Source: Labilithrix sp. (GTDB taxonomy: Bacteria > Myxococcota_A > Polyangia > Polyangiales > Polyangiaceae). From it: a DNA stretch of 64,000 bases. Position numbers and translations under genes: made by a program. Below the pieces are notes generated by a model, which worked only from the letters and a program-made list of their open reading frames with translations, ran no database searches and was not told the origin of the DNA. The stretch covers positions 64,001 through 128,000 of the forward strand of contig JAHBWE010000017.1 of NCBI GenBank assembly GCA_019637155.1, given 5' to 3'. Positions 26,440-35,116 of the stretch are shown here, piece by piece; position 1 is the stretch's first letter; the number at the start of each line of letters is the position of its first letter.

Positions 26440-26500
26440 TCGTTCGCGTTCGCTCCAGCCTCGTGATCGCTTCGGCGGCGTCGGGAACACTGGAGGGGCG

Positions 26501-26854
26501 ATGATTGGATCGAGGCTATCGAGCATGTTCGCTCTCGGAGCGGCGGTGATCGCCGCGTGCTCCAGCGGCGGAGAGCCGACCGGAAGCACGTGCCCGGAGG
26601 GATCGACGCTCACGTATGAGACGTTCGGGCGATCGTTCCTCGAGACGCATTGCACGAAGTGCCACTCGGCCGCGGGCCGCGGAGAGTCGCCGGCGCTCGA
26701 CTCCGTCGCCAACGTGCGCGCGAACGCGACGAGCATCGACTCCGCCGCCGCGGCGGGACCGAAGGCGACGAACACGGAGATGCCGGAGGACTCCGACGTC
26801 GCGGAGGCGGAGCGCCGGAAGCTCGGAGAGTGGCTCGCCTGTGGCGCGCCGTGA
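26501..26854 (+). CDS. small c-type cytochrome lipoprotein (CxxCH)
   Basis: Lipoprotein signal MFALGAAVIAAC. The heme-binding motif is FLETHCTKCHSAAG, with a PSCyt-like F..L..HC..CH context. Confidence 0.6.
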   Translation: MIGSRLSSMFALGAAVIAACSSGGEPTGSTCPEGSTLTYETFGRSFLETHCTKCHSAAGRGESPALDSVANVRANATSIDSAAAAGPKATNTEMPEDSDVAEAERRKLGEWLACGAP

Positions 26855-26878
26855 GTGCCTCGGAGATACTCGCGATGC

Positions 26879-28042
26879 ATGAACGGAGAAGAAGCCGTCT
26901 ACGAGATGCTCTGGGACTGCAAGTACTGCGGTCAGAAGAAGCTCCTCGGCGTCACGCATCGCTTCTGCGCCGGCTGCGGCGCGCCGCAGGATCCGAACGC
27001 GCGCTACTTCCCGCCCGACCACGAGAAGGTCGCGGTCAAGAACCACCCGTACGTCGGCGCCGACGTGGTGTGCCCGTCGTGCCGGCAGCCGATGTCCCGC
27101 GCCGCCAAGTGCTGCACGAACTGCGGCGGCCCCATCGACAAGGGCGCCGAGGTCGCGCGCCAAGCCGACGTCGTCGTCCCCCCACCCGGCGGCTATCCGC
27201 CGGGTGCCTATCCGGCCGGTGCTCACGCACCCGGCGCTCACGCACCCGGTGCCTATCCGCCCGGTGCTCACGCACCCGGTGCCTATCCTCACGGCGCCTA
27301 TCCGCCCGGTGCTCACGCACCCGGCGCCTATCCGCAGCAGCCCTTCAGGAGCGCGGCGCAGGGCTTCCAGCCCGCACCGCCGAAGAAGAGCAGCGCGGGA
27401 CTGATCCTCGGCATCGTCGGCGGCGTCTTCGCGCTACTCCTCGTGCTCGTCCTAGTCGCGGTCTTCTGGAAGCGTGAGGCCGCGCTCGCGGTGACGGGCC
27501 ATTCGTGGGAGCGGAGCATCCGGATCGAGCGCTTCGAGAACGTCCGCAAGAGCACGTGGTGCGACGAGATCCCGGCCGGCGCGCGCGTCGTCTCACGCCG
27601 CCGCGAGCAACGTGGCACGAAGAGGGAGAAGGACGGCCAGACCTGCTCGACGCGCAAGAAGGACCTGGGCAACGGCTCGTACAAGGAGGTGAGGGAGTGC
27701 ACCGACAAGTACAAGGAGACTCCCGTTTACGACGACAAATGCGATATCGACGTAACGGAGTGGCGCACCGCCCGCACCGCGACCGAGAAGGGCGCGAGCG
27801 TCAGCGACACCCCACGCTGGCCCGTAACGAAGGTGACGGGAGGCACGTGCCTCGGCTGCGAGCGCGAAGGCTCGAAGACCGAGAAGTACACAGTCCTCTT
27901 CACCGACGCCAAGTCGAAGGACGCCGCCTCATGCGACCTCCCACAAGCAAAATGGTCCACCTTCAAGGTCGGCTCGAAGTGGAAAGGCCAAGTCCGCGTC
28001 ATGACCGGCGGCGTCGACTGCAACGACCTCATCGCGCAGTAG
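26879..28042 (+). CDS. membrane-anchored protein with N-terminal double zinc ribbon and a Pro-rich decapeptide repeat region
   Basis: ATG at 26879 (MNGEEAVYEMLWDCKYCGQ...). Four CxxC pairs: CKYCG, CAGCG, CPSCR, CTNCG. Roughly five repeats of PGAYPPGAHA. One TM helix (AGLILGIVGGVFALLLVLVLVAVFW). Cys-containing extracytoplasmic C-terminal domain. Confidence 0.65.
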   Translation: MNGEEAVYEMLWDCKYCGQKKLLGVTHRFCAGCGAPQDPNARYFPPDHEKVAVKNHPYVGADVVCPSCRQPMSRAAKCCTNCGGPIDKGAEVARQADVVVPPPGGYPPGAYPAGAHAPGAHAPGAYPPGAHAPGAYPHGAYPPGAHAPGAYPQQPFRSAAQGFQPAPPKKSSAGLILGIVGGVFALLLVLVLVAVFWKREAALAVTGHSWERSIRIERFENVRKSTWCDEIPAGARVVSRRREQRGTKREKDGQTCSTRKKDLGNGSYKEVRECTDKYKETPVYDDKCDIDVTEWRTARTATEKGASVSDTPRWPVTKVTGGTCLGCEREGSKTEKYTVLFTDAKSKDAASCDLPQAKWSTFKVGSKWKGQVRVMTGGVDCNDLIAQ

Positions 28043-28045
28043 CGG

Positions 28046-28600
28046 CCCCGCTCGCGCAACGCCCGACACGCCGAAGCTCGCGCCCGCGAGCGAGAATTGC
28101 ACAACCTCGGTTGTGCATCTCGTTTCGCAACCCAGGTTGTACAACAGCTCCAACTCGCGCGACGCTCGACACACCAACAGCTCGCTCCGGCGAGCGAGAA
28201 CTGTACAACCTCGGTTGCGCACCCCAACTCCACAACCCAGTTGTGCAACGACCCCGCTCGCGCAACGCTCGACACGCCGAAGCTCGCGCTCGCAAGCGAG
28301 GACTGCACAACCTCGGTTGCGCACCCAACTCCACAACCCAGGTTGTGCAACGACTCCAGCGCGCGCAACGCCCGACACGCCGAAAGCTCACGCCCGTAAG
28401 CGAGGACTGCACATCCTCGGTTGCGCATCCCAATTCACCCCCAGGTTGTGCAACGACTCCAGCACGCGCACCCCCCGACGCACCGAAGCTCGTGCCCACG
28501 AGCGGATTGCACAACCTCGGTTGCGCATATCGATTACACAACCTGGGTTGTACAAACGCCCGAGGAGCACGGCATTCGGAGACTCACGATCGCGAGCAGG
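28046..28600. repeat. tandem array of 5 units of about 105 bp, each with two palindromes (tgcacaacc-tcgg-ttgtgca and acaaccc-agg-ttgt-like)
   Basis: The units begin near 28046, 28150, 28258, 28363 and 28468. Identity is roughly 80-85%. The conserved head of each unit is cgcgcaacgcccgacacgccgaagctcgcgc. Nothing unique separates the copies. No ORF is supported. Confidence 0.7.
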
Positions 28601-28786
28601 CGCCCTCCTCGCCGCTCGGCGCGGCGGAGCCCGGAGTCTAGCGACCCCGCTTCACGTTCGCCGTCTTCGCCGCGACCTTCGCCATCGCCGCACCCTTCGC
28701 CGGAGACGCGACCTTCGCCATCGCCGTCACCGCACCCTTCGCCTTCGCCGCGACCGTCGCCTTCGCCACGCCCTTCGGCTTCGCCG

Positions 28787-29311
28787 TCACCGCGACCTTC
28801 GCGGCGCCGCGACCTTCGGCTTCGCCGGCGCCGCGCCCTTCGCCGGTGCTGCACTCTTCGCCGCGACCTTCGCTGGCGTCGCGACCTTCGATTTCGCCGC
28901 GACCCTCCCCTTCGCCACGCCCTTCCCCTTCCCCTTCGCCGAGCCCTTCCCCCTCGCCGCGACCTTCGCCTTCGCCGCGACCTTCCCCTTCGCCGTGACC
29001 TTCGATACGAGGGTGTATGCGTCCTCGAGGAGGGCCCTCATCACCGTCGCCGTGACCTTTGCGAGGTGGGCGTAGGTCCAGCCGCTGCGGCCCCAGGCGC
29101 CGGCGGCGGGGGCGAATTGGCCGGCGAAAGACTCGTCGTCGATGAGCGTCAGCTGGAGCTCGAGGGGGAGCTTGAAGGACGCCTTCGTCTCGTCCTCGGT
29201 CAGGCTTGCGAAGATCTTCCCGCCCACGCGGAAGTCCGCGTGGCCCATGTGCGAACCCTCCTCCGTGTTCGGGAGCGAGAGGGCCAGCTTGCGGAACTGG
29301 GCGGCGTTCAT
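28787..29311 (-). CDS. YjbR/MmcQ-family protein fused to a histone-H1-like Lys/Ala/Pro-rich C-terminal tail
   Basis: ATG at 29311 with GAGGG 5 nt upstream. The N-terminal 100 aa (MNAAQFRKLALSLPNTEEGSHMGHADFRVGGKIFASL...) match the YjbR fold family. The C-terminal 70 aa are AKxK / PAKxxA repeats. Seven nt separate it from the upstream gene. Confidence 0.7.
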   Translation of the reverse strand: MNAAQFRKLALSLPNTEEGSHMGHADFRVGGKIFASLTEDETKASFKLPLELQLTLIDDESFAGQFAPAAGAWGRSGWTYAHLAKVTATVMRALLEDAYTLVSKVTAKGKVAAKAKVAARGKGSAKGKGKGVAKGRVAAKSKVATPAKVAAKSAAPAKGAAPAKPKVAAPRRSR

Positions 29312-29318
29312 CGAGCCC

Positions 29319-29651
29319 TCAATCGCACTGGCACGCGTTCGCGGTCTGGCCCGCGCCGGAGCCGAAGACGGCGCCCTTCGCCTTCCCCAGCGCCGTGCAC
29401 ATCCCGCTGCAGTCCGCCGCCGCGACCGTGCCCGTGCCCGCGTCCCCGCCCGCGCCCCCGCCGCCCTCGCAGAAGCAGTTGATCTCGTGCGGGTACACGT
29501 TCGCGCGGCCGCTCGCGAAGCCCGACTTCGTGCACAGGTCCGTGCACGAGCCGGCGGCGTCGCCCGCCGGCTTGTCGTCGTCGTCCGACGAACATGCAAC
29601 GAGAGCAGCGACCAGGACACCGACGACGGTGAGAGACGAGACGAGCTTCAT
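29319..29651 (-). CDS. small Cys-rich lipoprotein (110 aa)
   Basis: Lipoprotein signal MKLVSSLTVVGVLVAALVAC. Eight further Cys in a Gly-rich mature part. The ATG overlaps the upstream stop as ATGA. Confidence 0.5.
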   Translation of the reverse strand: MKLVSSLTVVGVLVAALVACSSDDDDKPAGDAAGSCTDLCTKSGFASGRANVYPHEINCFCEGGGGAGGDAGTGTVAAADCSGMCTALGKAKGAVFGSGAGQTANACQCD

Positions 29652-31099
29652 CCCAGCCGCTCTAGCACGGCCACCACCTGCTCGGGGCTCCGCTCGCACA
29701 GCTTCTGCAGGCGCGCGGCGTCGAAGAACGCGATCGTGGAGCCCGCGCGCGCGACCGCGTCGAAGGGGGGCGCGATGCGGTGGATCGCGTCGCGGACGCC
29801 GTAGAACGTGTCCGGCTCGATCACGTTCGACGGCGTCTCCTGATGCTCGCCCTCGTAGAGGCCGATCGAGCCGCGCGCGACCAGGCAAGCCACGTCCGGG
29901 ATCTCGTTCGCGGTCAGGATGACGGTGTCCTCGTTGAAGGTCGCGAGGCGCTGGATGCAGGAGAGCATCTCGTCCCGCACCTGCACGTCGAGCTGGCCCA
30001 TCGTCTCGTGCATCGAGAAGAACGAGTCGATGCGGTGCATCTGCTTCGTCTGCGCGATGCGGAGGCCGAACGGCAGGTCCTCGTCCATCGCGGCGCGGAC
30101 CGCGGCGGCCGGGAGCGTCCACACCTCGCTCACGCGCTCCGCCTTCAGCGTCGCGGTGCAGCGCCGGGGGGACTCGGCGGTGCCCATGACCGACGACTCG
30201 CCGAGGAGCCAGCCCGGGAAGCAGCAGCGGACGAGCCACGACCCGCCCTCCGGCTTCTCGAGCCACACGCCGAGGAGGCCGCTCTTCACGACGAACACGT
30301 TCTTCGAGGGCTCGCCCTCCGCCACCAGCGTCTCGCCCGGCGCGAGCGTGCGCAGCGTCATCGCGGCGGCGAGCTTCGTGCGGACCTCCTCCGGCAGGCC
30401 GGCGAAGCTGCGCGCGTCGAACACCGAGTCGAGCGGGCGCAGGCGCGCGCGGCTCTGGTCGAGCAGCGTGTGCACCGGCGACGTCGCGAACTCCTCGCGG
30501 CCGATGAGCTCGAGCTCCATCGCCGCCGCCTTCTCCAGCGCCGGGAGATCGAAGCGGTCCGCGAACTCGCGCGCCGACGCCTCGAGGTAGCCGCGCGCGA
30601 GGGCGGGCTCGCCGAGCTTCACCTCGACCTCCGCCATCTTGAAGAGCGTCGCGCCCTGCTGATCGTGATCGGAGAGCAGCCGCGGCAGGAGCTCGCGCGC
30701 GGTATGGAGCGAGGCCTCGTCGCCCTTCTCGAGCGCGGACTCGATCTGCGCCTCGATCGGCGCGTCGAGCTCCTCGAGCATCGAGAGCGCGCTCTCGCTG
30801 CTCGGCGCGTCGCCGAAGTCGGCGAGCTCGTCGGGCACCGCCGCGAGCACGAACTTCTTCGCGTTGCGCGCCGCCTCGACGACGTGATCGGCGGTGAGCT
30901 TCGGCGTCATCGTGCCGTTGTCCTCCACCGTCAGGTCGGCGACGTGGAGGACGCCGCTCGGCGCGGCCAGCACCACCGTCACGACCCACGCGTCGCCCAC
31001 CACCCGTCGAACGCGCCGCACGTCGCGCACGTCGAGCATACGCCCGAAGGTCGGACGCAGCGCGTTCGAGACCGTTCGCCACACCTCTTCACGCGTCAC
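29648..31099 (-). CDS. cyclic-nucleotide-binding domain protein (tandem cNMP-binding domains)
   Basis: Motifs VFVVKSGLLGVWLE...GWLLGESSVMGTAESPRRCTATLKAE and a second domain FNEDTVILTANEIPDVACLVARGSIGLYEGE. Start is a GTG at 31099 or a downstream Met. Confidence 0.75.
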   Translation of the reverse strand: MTREEVWRTVSNALRPTFGRMLDVRDVRRVRRVVGDAWVVTVVLAAPSGVLHVADLTVEDNGTMTPKLTADHVVEAARNAKKFVLAAVPDELADFGDAPSSESALSMLEELDAPIEAQIESALEKGDEASLHTARELLPRLLSDHDQQGATLFKMAEVEVKLGEPALARGYLEASAREFADRFDLPALEKAAAMELELIGREEFATSPVHTLLDQSRARLRPLDSVFDARSFAGLPEEVRTKLAAAMTLRTLAPGETLVAEGEPSKNVFVVKSGLLGVWLEKPEGGSWLVRCCFPGWLLGESSVMGTAESPRRCTATLKAERVSEVWTLPAAAVRAAMDEDLPFGLRIAQTKQMHRIDSFFSMHETMGQLDVQVRDEMLSCIQRLATFNEDTVILTANEIPDVACLVARGSIGLYEGEHQETPSNVIEPDTFYGVRDAIHRIAPPFDAVARAGSTIAFFDAARLQKLCERSPEQVVAVLERLG

Positions 31100-31147
31100 G
31101 ACTCGAGCATATCGGCGTGGAGCATTTCATGCATCTTTCCGGCGTCG

Positions 31148-32026
31148 ATGTCGTCGTTCGCCGTTCCGCTCTGGGCCTGGGGCCTTTTTGCGGCCGTCGT
31201 CGTCGCCAGCCTCGCGATCGACCTCATCCAACATCGCGGCGACCACGCCGACAGCCGGCGCCGCGCCCTGATCTGGAGCGGGATCTGGATCGGCGTCTCG
31301 CTCCTCTTCGCGGGCTTCGTCGCGCTCCAGCTCGGCGCGCCTGCGGCGCAGGAGTTCGTCACCGCGTGGCTCGTGGAAAAGAGCCTCAGCGTCGACAACC
31401 TCTTCGTCTTCCTCGTCATCTTCCGCCGCCTCCGCGTCCCGCGCGAGCAGCAGCACAAGGTCCTCTTCTGGGGCATCATCGGCGCGTTCGTGACGCGCGG
31501 CCTCTTCATCGCCGCAGGCTCCGCCGTGCTCGAGCGATGGCACGCCGCGACCTACGTCCTCGGCGCCTTCCTCGTCTTCACCGGCCTGAAGACGCTGGGG
31601 CACGGTCGGGAGGCGCGGGACGAGAAGGAGAGCAAGGTCGTCACCTTCGCGCAGCGCTACGTCTCGGCGCCGCTCCTCGTCCCCATCGTCGCGATCGAGC
31701 TCTCCGACATCATGTTCGCGATCGACTCGATCCCCGCCGTGTTCGCGATCTCACGCGATCCGTTCATCGTCTTCACGTCGAACGTGTTCGCGATCCTCGG
31801 GCTCCGCGCGCTCTACCTCGTCCTCGCCGACGTCGTCGCGAACCTGAAGTACCTCCACTACGGGCTCGGGACGCTCCTCGTCTTCGTCGGCGCGAAGATG
31901 ATCGCGGGGCACTGGGTGCACGTCCCGAACTGGGCGTCGCTCGCGACCACGGTCGCGATCCTCACCGCGGCCGTCGTCCCGAGCCTCGTCCACCGCCGCC
32001 GCGTCGAAGCTACCGGCACGAGCTGA
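31148..32026 (+). CDS. TerC/Alx family integral membrane protein
   Basis: Family motifs EKSLSVDNLFVFLVIF and ELSDIMFAIDSIPAVFAI. Seven or more TM helices. ATG at 31148. Confidence 0.8.
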   Translation: MSSFAVPLWAWGLFAAVVVASLAIDLIQHRGDHADSRRRALIWSGIWIGVSLLFAGFVALQLGAPAAQEFVTAWLVEKSLSVDNLFVFLVIFRRLRVPREQQHKVLFWGIIGAFVTRGLFIAAGSAVLERWHAATYVLGAFLVFTGLKTLGHGREARDEKESKVVTFAQRYVSAPLLVPIVAIELSDIMFAIDSIPAVFAISRDPFIVFTSNVFAILGLRALYLVLADVVANLKYLHYGLGTLLVFVGAKMIAGHWVHVPNWASLATTVAILTAAVVPSLVHRRRVEATGTS

Positions 32027-32606
32027 CGGAGCAGCTGCACGACGCGCCGCAGCTCACCGTCGCTCCGGTGCCGCTCCCGCTCGAGCACGTCGCCTTGCAC
32101 TCCTGGAGCCCGCAGTTCATCGTGAGGCCGGTGCACGAGTCCCCGCTGCAGGTCACCGTGCAAGGCTGCTCCGCCGGGCACTGGAGCTTCGCGCCGTTGC
32201 AGGAGTCGTCCTCGCACGTGAGCGCGCACGGCTTGCCGAACGGGCAGGCGAACGCCGAGCCGTTGCACGAGCCCCCGCCGCACAGGATGTGGCACACGCC
32301 GTCGTCGCAGCCTCCGCTGCACGCCGGAGGGCAGCCCGGAAGCGGCGGGAGCGGCTTCTTGCAGCTGCCGCCGCCGCTCGACGACGTCGACGACGACGTG
32401 CTGCTCCCGCCGCTGGACGACGTGGAGCTCGTCGAGGAGCTCCCGCCGCCGTCCTCGCGCTTCCCGCCGTCCTCCTCCTTCTCGTCTTCGGAGTCGGCCT
32501 CCGCGCCGGAGCCCGCGGCGTAGTCGTCGAGGTCCCACCACGCGCACGCGGAGCCGGCCGTCACGACCAGCGCTGCGAGCGCGAGAACTCCCCCGAGCCG
32601 TGTCAT
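32010..32606 (-). CDS. secreted Ser-rich, Cys-rich protein (lipoprotein), hypothetical
   Basis: Signal MTRLGGVLALAALVVTAGSAC. An acidic stretch, then poly-Ser/Thr (SSSTSSTSSSGGSSTSSSTSSSGGGS), then about 30 Cys in CxxxC / CxC spacing. Confidence 0.55.
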   Translation of the reverse strand: MTRLGGVLALAALVVTAGSACAWWDLDDYAAGSGAEADSEDEKEEDGGKREDGGGSSSTSSTSSSGGSSTSSSTSSSGGGSCKKPLPPLPGCPPACSGGCDDGVCHILCGGGSCNGSAFACPFGKPCALTCEDDSCNGAKLQCPAEQPCTVTCSGDSCTGLTMNCGLQECKATCSSGSGTGATVSCGASCSCSVSSCR

Positions 32607-32624
32607 CGCCTCAGTCTACCGCGC

Positions 32625-33875
32625 TCAGCCGTAACGGATCTGGACGTTCTCGACGAGCGAGATGAGCGCGTTCTTCACGTCCTCGGTCGTCGCGCCGCGC
32701 ACCGTCGCGCGGCCCTCGCCCTCGTAGCCGGCCGCTCGCGCCATGCCGACCTTCGGCGTGCGGAACTCGACGAGCGCGTCGCCCGCGTCGGCGATCGCCT
32801 TGTCGATCCCCTCGACGCTGACGATGCGGTCGCCGCGACCCTGACCGCGGAAGAACGCGGCGCCGGCGGACCACTTCCGCTTCTTCGGCGTGAACTCCTC
32901 GACCGCCATGAGGCGCGCCCAGTCGTGGAAGAAGTCGGTCTCGTGCGCGATGCTCATGAGCGGCATGATCATGACGCCGGGCGGACGCGCGCCGACCTCG
33001 TTCACGAGCGCGGTGCCGTCCTCGCGGAGGAACCACTCCATGTGCGTGAGCGACGTGCCGGCCGCGGTCTTTGCCCAGCGCCCGAAGAGCGCGTCGAGGG
33101 CGGCGGCGTTGATCGGCGCGAACTTCTCGAACTCGGGGAGGTCCTCCTCGCGCGGGAGCATCACGCAGTACTGCATCCACGCGTTCTCGAGGACCTCGAG
33201 CGGCGTCGGGAAGTAGCGCGTCCCGGAGCGCCACACCGGCTTGCCGCGCACGGTGACGGTCTCGCACGTGTGCTCGCGCGCGCCGACGACGAACTGCTCG
33301 CACTGGAGCGGCCGCTCTTGCGTCGGCGTCACGCCCTGCTCCTCGAGCGCGGCGAGGTCCTCCGCCGACGTGATGCGGTAGGTCCCGCGCGTGCCGAGCC
33401 CGGCCTGCGGCTTCACGATGACGGGGTAGCCGACCTGGTCGATGAACTTCCGCAGCGCCTCGGGCGACGTCGCGAGGCCGCTCTTCGCGGTCGGCACGCC
33501 GTGCTCGCGGAAGACGTCCTTCATCCGGTCCTTGTCGCGGAAGTTCCGCGCGACCTCGCCGTTGATGCCCTCGATCCCGAGCTCGTCGCGGACGTGGGCC
33601 ATCGGGATCTGCAGCTGCTCGAGGACGCCGACGAGGCGGTCGACCTTGCCGATCCCCTTGCCGAGCGCGCGCGTCGCGACGAGGAGCTGCTCCGGATCGA
33701 GCGGGTCGCTGACGCGGTAGTGGCCCGTCACCCGCGACCTGAGCGCGCGCGGGATCGAGCTCGCCGGGTCCTGGCTGATCACGCTGAACGTGATGTCTTC
33801 GATGTTGCAGAAGCCTTCGACGTAACGGTTCGTCGTCTCGAGGAAGAGCGGCGCGATGAACACCACGTGCGTCAT
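32625..33875 (-). CDS. ATP-grasp domain ligase
   Basis: ATG at 33875 (MTHVVFIAPLFLETTNRYVEGF...). ATP-grasp core GYPVIVKPQAGLGTRGTY..., and E..G..PPG at the C-lobe. The upstream 104 codons of the listed ORF are junk. Confidence 0.75.
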   Translation of the reverse strand: MTHVVFIAPLFLETTNRYVEGFCNIEDITFSVISQDPASSIPRALRSRVTGHYRVSDPLDPEQLLVATRALGKGIGKVDRLVGVLEQLQIPMAHVRDELGIEGINGEVARNFRDKDRMKDVFREHGVPTAKSGLATSPEALRKFIDQVGYPVIVKPQAGLGTRGTYRITSAEDLAALEEQGVTPTQERPLQCEQFVVGAREHTCETVTVRGKPVWRSGTRYFPTPLEVLENAWMQYCVMLPREEDLPEFEKFAPINAAALDALFGRWAKTAAGTSLTHMEWFLREDGTALVNEVGARPPGVMIMPLMSIAHETDFFHDWARLMAVEEFTPKKRKWSAGAAFFRGQGRGDRIVSVEGIDKAIADAGDALVEFRTPKVGMARAAGYEGEGRATVRGATTEDVKNALISLVENVQIRYG

Positions 33876-33933
33876 GGGCCGCGAGATATCACATCGCGGC
33901 GCCGCGGAGGGAGCCCCGTAGTAGGCTCGCCGC

Positions 33934-34761
33934 GTGTTCCGCCGCTTCAAGCGCTGGCTGCGGGAGCGAAACCCGAAGCCGTTCCCGCCGGAGTGGAACG
34001 CGATCGTCGAGCGGAACGTGCCGCTCGTCGCCGCGCTGCCGGAGGAGGACCGCGCCGAGCTCGACAAGCTCGTGATGACGTTCCTCGACGAGAAGCACTT
34101 CGAGGGCGCGGGCGGCTTCGAGATCACGGACGAGGTGAAGGTCACGATCGCCGCGCAGGCGTGCCTCCTCCTCATCCGTCGCGACACCGACGTGTACCCG
34201 GACCTCGAGACGATCCTCGTCTACCCGAGCGCGTACACCGCCAAGTCGACGCGGCGCGAGGGCTACGTCGTGATCGAGGAGCGCGTCGATCGCCTCGGCG
34301 AGTCGTGGGACCGCGGCGTCGTCGTCCTCGCGTGGGACTCCGTCCAGAGCGGCACGACGAACACGAGCGACGGCCACAACGTGGTCCTCCACGAGTTCGC
34401 GCACCAGCTCGACGCCGAGGACGGCGACATGGACGGCGCGCCCGCCCTCCACACGCGCGCGCGCTACGCGACGTGGGCGGCGGTCCTCGGCGCCGAGTAC
34501 GAGGACCTCGTCGCGAAGGTGCACGCCGGCCGCGGCTCCGACATCGACGACTACGGCGCGACGAGCCCGCCCGAGTTCTTCGCCGTCGTCACGGAGATGT
34601 TCTTCGAGAAGCCGCGACAGCTCCGGGCGAGGCACCCGGAGCTCTACGCGACGTTCGCCGACTTCTACCAGCAGGACCCCGCGGCGCTGCTCACGCGAGC
34701 GCCCACGGCTGATCGCGCGGACCCGCCGCCCAGTTGTCGTGACGGCCGTCCCAGTACGTGA
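33934..34761 (+). CDS. mtfA: MtfA-like zinc peptidase (M90 family, HExxH)
   Basis: The motif NVVLHEFAHQLD sits in the context typical of Mlc-titration-factor/M90 proteins. N-terminus MFRRFKRWLRERNPKPFPPEW. Confidence 0.75.
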   Translation: MFRRFKRWLRERNPKPFPPEWNAIVERNVPLVAALPEEDRAELDKLVMTFLDEKHFEGAGGFEITDEVKVTIAAQACLLLIRRDTDVYPDLETILVYPSAYTAKSTRREGYVVIEERVDRLGESWDRGVVVLAWDSVQSGTTNTSDGHNVVLHEFAHQLDAEDGDMDGAPALHTRARYATWAAVLGAEYEDLVAKVHAGRGSDIDDYGATSPPEFFAVVTEMFFEKPRQLRARHPELYATFADFYQQDPAALLTRAPTADRADPPPSCRDGRPST

Positions 34762-35095
34762 CGCGCACGTCGATCGGGTCGACCTCGTCGAGGGTGAGGT
34801 AGTTCACCGACGCGAAGTCGCCGCCGAGCTCGGCGAGGTGACCGCGGCCGAAGCAGTGAACGCCGCAGTGCTTGCAGAAGTAGCGCTTCGAGGTCTTCGC
34901 GCCCCACTCGTAGGTCGCGAGCGCGTCCTCGCCCCGGAGGACCACCAGCTCGTGCGGCCTGATGATGCCGCCGAGCACGCCCGTCTTCATGCAGACGGTG
35001 CAGTTGCAGCGGCTGGCGTGTGATGCCTCGAGGAGCGCCTCGTACCGAACCGCGCCGCAGTGACAACCGCCCGTGTGCTTCGTCTTGGTTTCCAT
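34691..35095 (-). CDS. GFA (glutathione-dependent formaldehyde-activating / CENP-V-like) family protein
   Basis: ATG at 35095. Zinc ligands GGCHCGAVRY...CNCTVC...CKHCG. Confidence 0.8.
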   Translation of the reverse strand: METKTKHTGGCHCGAVRYEALLEASHASRCNCTVCMKTGVLGGIIRPHELVVLRGEDALATYEWGAKTSKRYFCKHCGVHCFGRGHLAELGGDFASVNYLTLDEVDPIDVRVTYWDGRHDNWAAGPRDQPWALA

Positions 35096-35116
35096 GAGAG
35101 ACACCCTACCGATCGA

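Noticed and set aside
28046-28600. Possible CRISPR array
   Set aside because: The repeating unit is about 105 bp with divergence spread along it. There are no 28-37-bp perfect repeats alternating with unique spacers, and no cas genes nearby.
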